From: an uncultured Candidatus Saccharibacteria bacterium
GTDB taxonomy: Bacteria > Patescibacteriota > Minisyncoccia > Phycocordibacterales > PALSA-1337
DNA: 64,000 bases
Direction: 5' to 3'
Assembly (NCBI GenBank): GCA_964459225.1
Contig: CAYWKB010000002.1
Span: forward strand, 2,016 to 66,015
Positions 56,755 through 64,000 of this stretch are shown piece by piece. How positions within the stretch are numbered: the first letter of the stretch is position 1; each line of letters begins with the position of its first letter. Under the pieces are notes generated by a model that worked only from the letters and a program-made list of their open reading frames with translations, did not search any database and was not told the origin of the DNA. Both the position numbers and the translations under genes were made by a program.

Positions 56755-58437
56755 ATGAATATTAAAAAATTTAAAAACAGTGTCTTTGATTTTGTCATTA
56801 AAAGAAAGATTATTTCAATAATTTTAGCGATAGTAATTATCCTAATTGGATATTGGTCATACAGGAAATTATTCCCTGCCCCAGTTATAAACAATTATGT
56901 ATTGGGTAATGCCAAAATAGCAAATATAGTTACCACAATAACAGGTACAGGACAAGTCACTGCTTCAAATCAACTAGATATTAAAAGCAAAGTGTCAGGA
57001 GACTTGGTATATCTAAATACCAAAGCAAATGGCACACAAATCAAAAAAGGCACACTAATAGCACAAGTTGATGCAAGAGATGCACTTGTGGCATTAGAGT
57101 CTGCAAGGATTGCATATGCAAAATTAACTAAACCAGCAACAGAATCAGAAATACTAAAAGCACAAAGTACGTTAAATGATGCAATAGCAACAAATAAAAA
57201 ATCATACGAAGATGCATTTAGTACAATTGCAAGTACATTTATTGATTTACCAACTGTATTAAGTGGTTTAAACGACATGTTATATACGAGTAGTGGCTAT
57301 CTTGATACAGAAAATGTTAGAAGTGTTGGTCAAAATACTGGATTAAGTTATAGAGACAAAACAACAGCAAGTTATGATAAAGCAAAGGGTCAATATGATG
57401 CCATGAGTATTAGATACAAAAATCTTTCAAGAACTAGTGATACAAGTACAATTGAAAATTTCCTAAATGACACATATTACCTAACAAAAGATGTTAGTGA
57501 AGCATTAAAAAATGCACAGAACACTGTGGACTTCCTAAGAAAACAAAAAAGCGATAGCGCAGGTACAACAGCATCAGGATATTTATCTACATGGACAAGT
57601 ACTATAAACACTGACTTAAATACCCTACTCACAATAAAGACAACAATGTTAAGTTCTGCAAATGATATAAAAGAATCAACACTCGATTTAAATGATTTAA
57701 AAGATGGTCCAGATAGTTTGGATATAAGATCAGAAAAGTTATCATTGCAACAAAAGGAAAATGCTTACGCGGATTATTTTATTCGTGCCCCATTTGACGG
57801 AGTGCTTGCTAGATTGACTGTTAAAGGCACAGATACAGTAAGTAATGGTACTGTGATAGGTACAATAGTATCTCCACAAAAAATAGCTACAATTACTTTA
57901 AACGAAGTAGATATTGAAAAAGTAAAAGTAGGACAAGTAGCGGAATTAACCTTTGATGCTGTAAACAACTTAACCATACCAGGAACAGTCACAACTGTGG
58001 ATTTGGTTGGTACAGTCACTCAGGGAGTTGTAAATTATAATGTTGAAATTTCATTAGAGGGAGATGACGCAAGAGTAAAGCCTGGTATGAGTGTTAGTGC
58101 ATCAATAATTACAGATACAAAAAACAATGTACTCACAGTTCCAAGTAGTGCCGTTAAATCACAAGGTAAAAATAGTTATGTTGAAGTATTTGATCCAGCA
58201 ATAGAAATAGTAAGAGGATCAATAGGAACACCGTCAAAAACATTGCCAACCAGAAAATCAGTAGAGACAGGTATTTCAAATGATTCACTAATAGAAATCA
58301 TTTCAGGTATAAATGAGGGCGATCAAATTGTAATTAGAACAGTCAAATCAGCAGATATAGCCAAAGCTTCTGCCACACCTCAAAAGAGTTTATTTGGAAC
58401 AGGTGGACGTGCAGTAGGAGGAGGTCAAAATAAATAA
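56755..58437 (+). CDS. Efflux ABC transporter periplasmic adaptor (membrane fusion protein, MacA/HlyD-like)
   Basis: N-terminal TM, long coiled coil, RAPFDGVLARLTVKGTDTVSNG beta-barrel region and a C-terminal Gly-rich tail. Confidence 0.8.
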   Translation: MNIKKFKNSVFDFVIKRKIISIILAIVIILIGYWSYRKLFPAPVINNYVLGNAKIANIVTTITGTGQVTASNQLDIKSKVSGDLVYLNTKANGTQIKKGTLIAQVDARDALVALESARIAYAKLTKPATESEILKAQSTLNDAIATNKKSYEDAFSTIASTFIDLPTVLSGLNDMLYTSSGYLDTENVRSVGQNTGLSYRDKTTASYDKAKGQYDAMSIRYKNLSRTSDTSTIENFLNDTYYLTKDVSEALKNAQNTVDFLRKQKSDSAGTTASGYLSTWTSTINTDLNTLLTIKTTMLSSANDIKESTLDLNDLKDGPDSLDIRSEKLSLQQKENAYADYFIRAPFDGVLARLTVKGTDTVSNGTVIGTIVSPQKIATITLNEVDIEKVKVGQVAELTFDAVNNLTIPGTVTTVDLVGTVTQGVVNYNVEISLEGDDARVKPGMSVSASIITDTKNNVLTVPSSAVKSQGKNSYVEVFDPAIEIVRGSIGTPSKTLPTRKSVETGISNDSLIEIISGINEGDQIVIRTVKSADIAKASATPQKSLFGTGGRAVGGGQNK

Positions 58438-58438
58438 A

Positions 58439-59149
58439 ATGATAGAAGTCAAAAATGTAACAAAAACATATCAAAGTGGCACAAATGAATTTCAAGCATT
58501 AAAGGGTGTAACCTTTGATATTAAAGATGGTGAATTTGTGGCAATTATGGGACCATCTGGATCCGGTAAATCAACTCTTATGCATATATTAGGTGCTCTT
58601 GATACACCGACAAGCGGTAAATATTATCTTGATGGAAAGGACACATCTAAAATGTCAGATGATGCTTTGGCGGATATTCGTCGTGAAAAAATAGGCTTCG
58701 TATTTCAGGCATTCAACCTATTACAAAGAGCCACAGTACTTAGAAATGTAATGCTTCCATTGGTGTATGAAGGTGTAGAGCCGGTTGAAAGAGAGAGACG
58801 AGCACGTGAGGCACTCTTTTCCGCAGGGCTAGATGAAACACATTTTAAACATTTATCAAATCAGCTTTCAGGAGGACAGATACAGCGCGTTGCTATTGCA
58901 AGAGCATTAGTTAACAATCCTGCTCTCATACTCGCAGATGAACCCACAGGAAATCTAGATTCAAAAACAGGTGAAATAGTACTTGGAACATTTCAAAGAT
59001 TAAATGAAGATTTGGGTAGAACAATAATACTCATTACCCATGAACCAGACGTTGCTGAGCATGCGGAGAGAATAATACATATAAAGGACGGCATGATACT
59101 CAGTGATTCAAAAAAGCATAGTAGAAGAATAATTAAAAGAGAAAAATAA
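58439..59149 (+). CDS. ABC transporter ATP-binding protein (MacB/LolD-type)
   Basis: [24 protein letters not shown] and [11 protein letters not shown]. Confidence 0.9.
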   Translation: MIEVKNVTKTYQSGTNEFQALKGVTFDIKDGEFVAIMGPSGSGKSTLMHILGALDTPTSGKYYLDGKDTSKMSDDALADIRREKIGFVFQAFNLLQRATVLRNVMLPLVYEGVEPVERERRAREALFSAGLDETHFKHLSNQLSGGQIQRVAIARALVNNPALILADEPTGNLDSKTGEIVLGTFQRLNEDLGRTIILITHEPDVAEHAERIIHIKDGMILSDSKKHSRRIIKREK

Positions 59150-59150
59150 A

Positions 59151-60368
59151 ATGAAAATAATAGACACATTACATGAGACATATACTGCCCTTTCATCAAA
59201 TAAAGTCAGATCTGGACTTACTATGCTTGGTATTGTGATAGGTATTAGTTCAGTTATAGCACTGACTTCAATCGGTAATGGTGCTAAAGCAAGTATTGAA
59301 GGAAATATCGAAAAATTAGGTTCAAATTTATTAACAGTAGTGCCTGGAGTAGTTCAACCCGGTAGAGGTATTGTGTCATCTGGTCGTGGTGCAGCACAAA
59401 ATCTAAAACTTGAGGATGTTGAAGAAATAAAAAAAGTAGAAGGAGTAAGAGATGTCGCTCCAGAGCTTGATCGTAAATTTCAAATAGTTTCAAATACCGG
59501 TAACAATACTAATTCAACGGTTATAGGCACAATACCTGAATACCTTTCACTCAAAAACCTTTCATTACAAGACGGCTCATTTATATCTGAAACAAATAAT
59601 AGAAGTTTAAGTAGAGTTGCAATACTCGGCCCCACAGCAGCATCAGATTTGTTTGGTGAGGAAAGTCCAATAGATAAAACAGTTAGAATAAATGGTTCAA
59701 ATTTTAAAGTTATAGGAGTATTAAATCAAAAAGGTAGTGGTGGCTTTTTTAACCCTGATGATGCTGTATTTATCCCTCTTTCTGTAATGCAAAAAATACT
59801 TACGGGCGCAGACTATCTTTCAAGTATAACTGTTGGAGTGGATAGTAAAGACATAATGGATCAAGTAAAGGAAGGAATATTTGATATTGTTGCATTAAAA
59901 CATCGAGTTGATCCTGCAAATCCTGATTTTTCAATATTTTCACAAGCTGATATTTTAGGAGCATTAACTCAGATAACCGATACATTTACAATATTTCTAG
60001 CATCAGTTGCGGGTATTTCACTCGTTGTCGGTGGAATAGGTATTATGAATATGATGCTTACAACAGTTACTGAAAGAACAAGAGAAATAGGATTAAGAAA
60101 GGCAATTGGTGCAAAGCGTAAAGATATAAATATTCAATTTTTAATTGAAGCAGTTATGTTAACATTTACCGGAGGACTTGTAGGTGTAATACTTGGTTGG
60201 GCAATTTCATTTGTGATTTCAAGTTTAGGAATTATAGATACAAGTATAACTATGGGTTCAGTAATGTTAGCATTCGGTGTATCAGCATTTATTGGTATTG
60301 TATTTGGATATTATCCAGCAAGACGCGCATCTAGATTAAATCCAATTGAAGCGTTAAGATACGAATAA
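59151..60368 (+). CDS. ABC transporter permease (FtsX/MacB family, large periplasmic loop plus 4 TM)
   Basis: MacB-type topology and the conserved C-terminal YYPARRASRLNPIEALRYE. Confidence 0.85.
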   Translation: MKIIDTLHETYTALSSNKVRSGLTMLGIVIGISSVIALTSIGNGAKASIEGNIEKLGSNLLTVVPGVVQPGRGIVSSGRGAAQNLKLEDVEEIKKVEGVRDVAPELDRKFQIVSNTGNNTNSTVIGTIPEYLSLKNLSLQDGSFISETNNRSLSRVAILGPTAASDLFGEESPIDKTVRINGSNFKVIGVLNQKGSGGFFNPDDAVFIPLSVMQKILTGADYLSSITVGVDSKDIMDQVKEGIFDIVALKHRVDPANPDFSIFSQADILGALTQITDTFTIFLASVAGISLVVGGIGIMNMMLTTVTERTREIGLRKAIGAKRKDINIQFLIEAVMLTFTGGLVGVILGWAISFVISSLGIIDTSITMGSVMLAFGVSAFIGIVFGYYPARRASRLNPIEALRYE

Positions 60369-60375
60369 TAAATAT

Positions 60376-61599
60376 ATGAAAAATAAAATCAAAGTTATAA
60401 TTGTCGGTGGTGGATTTGGTGGAGTTTATTCAGCTAAAAATCTCTTAAAATATTTTAATCATGATGAAATAGAAATTACATTAATAAATAAGGGTAACTT
60501 TTTCTTATTTACTCCCCTTTTACATGAAGTAGCAACCGGTGCCCTTACACCAGATAGTATTGTTGAGCCTATACGAGAGGTATTTAGAAATACTCCTATC
60601 AATTTCCTAGAAGATTCAGCTATTGAAATAGATAAAGATACAAAACAAGTAATCACAACAAAAGAAAAGTTAAAGTATGATTATTTAATAATTGCTTCAG
60701 GTGCAGTGACAAATTATATGAATGTACCAGGAGCAAATGAATTTACTTTTACACTCAAAAACCTTCAAGACGCAATAGCAATACGAAATCATATACTAAA
60801 TACTTGTGAAAATGCATATAAGACAAATAATAAAGATCTCTTAACCTTTTCAGTTATTGGTGCTGGCCCAACTGGTGTTGAACTTGCAACCGAATTAATC
60901 GAATATATTGAACATACAATATGCTCATACTATAAAAGTTCAGTATTAAAAAAAGAAGATATAAAAGTAAATTTAATTTCAGCAGGTGCAGATATAATTC
61001 CACAATTCCCTGTCGAAATGCGCCAAATAGCCTTAAAAGAAGTCTTGAGGAAAGGTATAAATGTATTAACAAATACAATTATAAACAAAGTCGAACCAGG
61101 ATTAATGTATACAAAAGACGGCAATACAATAAAATCAAATACAATAATCTGGGTGGCAGGAGTTAAACCAAATGCAAATGAAATTAAAGGTATAGTCGTG
61201 GGTGAAAAAGGCAGAATAAATACTAGTAAATACCTAATGAGTGATTTTGATGAAAGCATATTTGCACTTGGTGACTCATCTGGAAATCTACCAATGCTTG
61301 CACAAGTAGCAGTTGTACAAGCACAAGTAATTGCAGAAAATATATATAAATTAAGTAAAAATGCCGATCGAAGTAAATTAACTGAATTCAATTTCAAAGA
61401 AAAAGGATTGCTAATATCTCTTGGGCAATGGTATGCTCTTGGAAACTTTTATGGTGTTACATTTAGTGGAAAGATAATGTGGTGGGTATGGAGAACAGTA
61501 TATCTCATCAATTTCCTTTCATGGAGAAAGAGAGTTGAGATAGCAATCGAATGGACTATAGATTTATTTTATCCAAGAGATATTACAGTAATAAAATAA
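60376..61599 (+). CDS. ndh: Type II NADH dehydrogenase (NDH-2) / FAD-dependent pyridine nucleotide-disulfide oxidoreductase
   Basis: Two Rossmann motifs (VIIVGGGFGG and VIGAGPTG) and a C-terminal membrane-anchoring region. Confidence 0.75.
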   Translation: MKNKIKVIIVGGGFGGVYSAKNLLKYFNHDEIEITLINKGNFFLFTPLLHEVATGALTPDSIVEPIREVFRNTPINFLEDSAIEIDKDTKQVITTKEKLKYDYLIIASGAVTNYMNVPGANEFTFTLKNLQDAIAIRNHILNTCENAYKTNNKDLLTFSVIGAGPTGVELATELIEYIEHTICSYYKSSVLKKEDIKVNLISAGADIIPQFPVEMRQIALKEVLRKGINVLTNTIINKVEPGLMYTKDGNTIKSNTIIWVAGVKPNANEIKGIVVGEKGRINTSKYLMSDFDESIFALGDSSGNLPMLAQVAVVQAQVIAENIYKLSKNADRSKLTEFNFKEKGLLISLGQWYALGNFYGVTFSGKIMWWVWRTVYLINFLSWRKRVEIAIEWTIDLFYPRDITVIK

Positions 61600-61625
61600 C
61601 TGTATTAAATAATAAAAGAAAAGAG

Positions 61626-61657
61626 AAAACGGGAGCCACAAGCGGGGCTCCCGTTTA
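61626..61657 (+). terminator. Hairpin terminator
   Basis: aaaacgggagcc-acaagcgg-ggctcccgttt. Confidence 0.65.
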
Positions 61658-61771
61658 GTTGTCATGAGTATTTTGGTACTACTGCAAGTGGTAAGCCCTG
61701 CAACACCTCAACTTCATAACTCCTCCTTAACTCTAAGTAGTATATAATACTTATGTTAAAATGTAAAGGGA

Positions 61772-62209
61772 TTAAAACATTGATCTTGTCATTGCCCTGT
61801 TTGTCCACCAATGTGTTAGTGAATACTTGCCCGCTCCTAAAGTTGTAACAGCGAGTGCTGCGAGTAGTAAAACAAGCACGTATTCATAGCCATTATTTTG
61901 TAAACTGTAACCCATTGGTAAATGAACCTTAACAATAGCGACTATCATAACAATTGAAATCAAAATTCCAGCATATCTAACCGCAATACCCAAAATCATA
62001 GCTATACCACCTAAAAACTCCACGAGAGAAACAATATAAGCAAATATTGGAACAAGTCCCATTTTGCCAAATCCTTCGATTACCATGTCTATATTGTTTA
62101 ATTTAAACCATCCTGCCATAACAAATGTTATACCAACAGCCAATCTTATAAGCAAAAGACCGATATCATGATTATGTAGGCTGTTTATGAGTGTATTTAT
62201 CTTATTCAT
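61772..62209 (-). CDS. DoxX-family membrane protein
   Basis: GLLLIRLAVGITFVMAGWFKL is a typical DoxX start. Four TM helices. Confidence 0.7.
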   Translation of the reverse strand: MNKINTLINSLHNHDIGLLLIRLAVGITFVMAGWFKLNNIDMVIEGFGKMGLVPIFAYIVSLVEFLGGIAMILGIAVRYAGILISIVMIVAIVKVHLPMGYSLQNNGYEYVLVLLLAALAVTTLGAGKYSLTHWWTNRAMTRSMF

Positions 62210-62292
62210 ATTATTTTAATTACTTTTAATTCACATAGTATATCAGATTTTAGTGTTAATTATCAATTGTTTTTATAGTATAATATTAGCAA

Positions 62293-62559
62293 ATGGATTT
62301 ATTACAATTAATAAATACGATAAGTAGTCCTAGTGTTTTGTTTTTTATTTTCATTGCAACTATCTTTTTAGTCTATTGGATAATGACTTTTACTATTTTT
62401 TACCATCTTGTGAGATTTAGTGTTGGAACATTAGCAAGGAAAATCGCTATAGTCTTTTTCCTTGGATCTGTTATTTTATTTAGTATTAATTTTCTTTTTA
62501 TTGCATCAATGAATTACGAGACCCTTATTCAAAAGCTCGTTTATTTAATTAAAATATAA
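62293..62559 (+). CDS. Hypothetical small membrane protein (88 aa)
   Basis: Two hydrophobic helices. Precedes the bPH_2 gene. Confidence 0.3.
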   Translation: MDLLQLINTISSPSVLFFIFIATIFLVYWIMTFTIFYHLVRFSVGTLARKIAIVFFLGSVILFSINFLFIASMNYETLIQKLVYLIKI

Positions 62560-62561
62560 TT

Positions 62562-63101
62562 ATGAAAATATTTTCTATTTTTAATGAGACACAAAACTCT
62601 TTTGAGGGAAAAGAAAATGATGAAGTGGTTTTGTTGCTTGTAAGACGGCATCCTTTTTATATCATTTTAAAATTTATTTCTATAATTATTTTGCTTATTG
62701 TGCCAATTATGGCTATGTATATCTTTTATGATTTTTTGCAATTAAATGATTTATTTGTCTTTTCTATTTTTATTTATACTTTTTGGTGTTTATTGTTATG
62801 GCAAGTATTATTTTATCAATTTACAATGTATGCACTTGATGTATGGATAGTTACAAATAAAAGAATTATAGATAGTACACAGCATGGATTTTTTAATCGT
62901 ACTGTTGCTGAATTACACCTTGCAAGAGTTCAAGATATTTCAGTAAATGTAACAGGTTTTTTCCAGACATTACTCAAATTTGGAGACTTAGAAATACAAA
63001 CCGCAGGAACAGAAAATAAATTTGATTTCCTACAAATACCCTATCCAAATGAGGTTAAAGATCAGATAATGAGTTATGCGGAGGATAAGATAAATAATTA
63101 G
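62562..63101 (+). CDS. Membrane protein with a bacterial PH (bPH_2/YdbS-YdbT-like) domain
   Basis: Two TM helices, then WIVTNKRIID...VAELHLARVQDISVNVTGFFQTLLKFGDLEIQTAG. Confidence 0.6.
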   Translation: MKIFSIFNETQNSFEGKENDEVVLLLVRRHPFYIILKFISIIILLIVPIMAMYIFYDFLQLNDLFVFSIFIYTFWCLLLWQVLFYQFTMYALDVWIVTNKRIIDSTQHGFFNRTVAELHLARVQDISVNVTGFFQTLLKFGDLEIQTAGTENKFDFLQIPYPNEVKDQIMSYAEDKINN

Positions 63102-63241
63102 TTTGATTGTTTGATTATAAGCTTGCTGCTTGTGGGGTAATAAGTTTGAATGATTTTATTAATTAAATAGTTCGAAATGTGTTACTATTGACTTAATTAT
63201 CAAATAATGATACTATAGTATAGTAGGTTTTGAACTGATCT

Positions 63242-63658
63242 TTGAGTAAAAAATCATTGAAAATTAATATGATAGAAGAAAAGCATACCCATTTGAGCAG
63301 GTTGGAAAAAATGATTGCAGACTGGGCGGAACAAGAAAAACTCCTTAGTTTTGATGAAATACTTGAGGTTGAACTTCATATAAAGAAGGTACCTAAAGTT
63401 ACTGTTAAAATTGAAGGTTACCACGGTACTGTTCGGGATCCAGACACCATACTGGTCACTGAGATAGGATTTACCCCAAAGACAGAACGTTGTCTCGATT
63501 TAGCCTATCTTAAAACCATTGGGGATATTCGAAAGAAGTCTCTTGGTGAAATACTTAAGTATCGGAATTTTGGTAAAAGGTCTGCAAGAGAAATTGCTGA
63601 CAAACTCCAAAATCTTGGAATACCTCTAGATTGGGACTTTGACAAACACCCACTCTAA
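63242..63658 (+). CDS. Stand-alone RNA polymerase alpha-subunit C-terminal-domain-like (alpha-CTD HhH) protein
   Basis: TPKTERCLDLAYLKTIGDIRKKSLGEILKYRNFGKRSAREIADKLQNLGIPL matches the alpha-CTD HhH pattern (..NFGKKS..EI...L...G..L). Confidence 0.5.
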   Translation: MSKKSLKINMIEEKHTHLSRLEKMIADWAEQEKLLSFDEILEVELHIKKVPKVTVKIEGYHGTVRDPDTILVTEIGFTPKTERCLDLAYLKTIGDIRKKSLGEILKYRNFGKRSAREIADKLQNLGIPLDWDFDKHPL

Positions 63659-63726
63659 CAACTTTTGGGATTGAAATGGAATCTCAAAGAGCTCGACATA
63701 AGTCGGGCTTTTTCTTTTAAAGTTTG

Positions 63727-63797
63727 CTGCCGGACTTGGAATCGAACCAAAATTTTCGCTTTCAGAGAGCGACGTACTACCATTATACGATCCGGCA
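63727..63797 (-). tRNA. tRNA-Gln (anticodon CUG)
   Basis: Folded by hand. Acceptor TGCCGGA/TCCGGCA, D-stem GTAT/GTAC, anticodon stem TCGCT/AGCGA with loop CTCTGAA, T-arm TTTGG-TTCGATT-CCAAG. Confidence 0.75.
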
Positions 63798-63840
63798 ATA
63801 CATACAAAATACCTTAAATTTACTCTTTTTTCAAGGTAAA

Positions 63841-64000
63841 TTATTTGCTACATTTATCTCCCCACAATCCCCTTTTTCCTTCCCTTGCCTCTTTTTCTAA
63901 ATTTTTAAATTCTGCTTGCTTAAGATAGGGCACTTTGTATGTATATTCATGCGCATATCCTTCCTTAATCAATTTTGAATTTAATAGACTATTGTCATCT
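63841..64000 (-). CDS. Thermonuclease (SNase-like) family protein, C-terminal part only (5' end beyond the window)
   Basis: Translation ...SKLIKEGYAHEYTYKVPYLKQAEFKNLEKEAREGKRGLWGDKCSK* matches the SNase C-terminal EGxA..Y...........A...K.GLW pattern. Confidence 0.5.
   Translation of the reverse strand, partial: DDNSLLNSKLIKEGYAHEYTYKVPYLKQAEFKNLEKEAREGKRGLWGDKCSK

Noticed and set aside
1-64000. CRISPR arrays, rRNA genes, transposase/integrase genes
   Set aside because: No regularly spaced direct repeats, no rRNA-like conserved stretches, and no ORF with recognisable recombinase or transposase motifs were seen anywhere in the window.

Overview
This window reads as two kinds of DNA. Most of it is a low-GC (about 30%) stretch of housekeeping genes. 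Positions about 3180-12960 are a higher-GC accessory island that ends at tRNA-Glu. The core gene content suggests a small-genome, Patescibacteria/CPR-like bacterium, but that is inference only: AlaRS without the C-Ala domain, a split transketolase, a SET-domain protein, sigma-70-region-4 proteins and many small membrane proteins.

The minus-strand core genes run as follows:
- A dcw cluster, mraZ-rsmH-ftsL-ftsI-murF, that ends at tRNA-Glu.
- aspS and trpS.
- A heat-shock cluster, grpE ... dnaK ... dnaJ, interrupted by small GC-elevated plus-strand genes.
- The ribosomal/RNAP block infA-rpmJ-rpsM-rpsK-rpsD-rpoA-rplQ-rplM-rpsI.
- alaS, pepF, mnmA, mltG.
- leuS carrying an inserted NUDIX domain.
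- uvrB, split transketolase, rpe, rpiB, an ABC exporter, gap and a MacAB-like efflux set, ending at tRNA-Gln.

The island has many GC-rich hairpin terminators, and two of them recur as near-identical copies. It carries an orphan receiver domain, a SixA-like phosphatase, an HD-domain protein, a formyltransferase-family protein, a membrane-anchored helical-repeat protein and a Cys-rich protein. It also has at least two frameshifted genes and an ORF-free stretch next to the tRNA.

Other points of interest:
- A diverged duplicate of the gap 3' end bracketing a small inserted gene.
- A 106-bp element with perfect 19-bp inverted termini next to dnaJ.
- A tRNA-like 69-nt element upstream of grpE.
- A long inverted repeat beside tRNA-Glu.
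- An L,D-transpeptidase/D,D-carboxypeptidase fusion.

No rRNA, CRISPR array or recognisable integrase/transposase was found.
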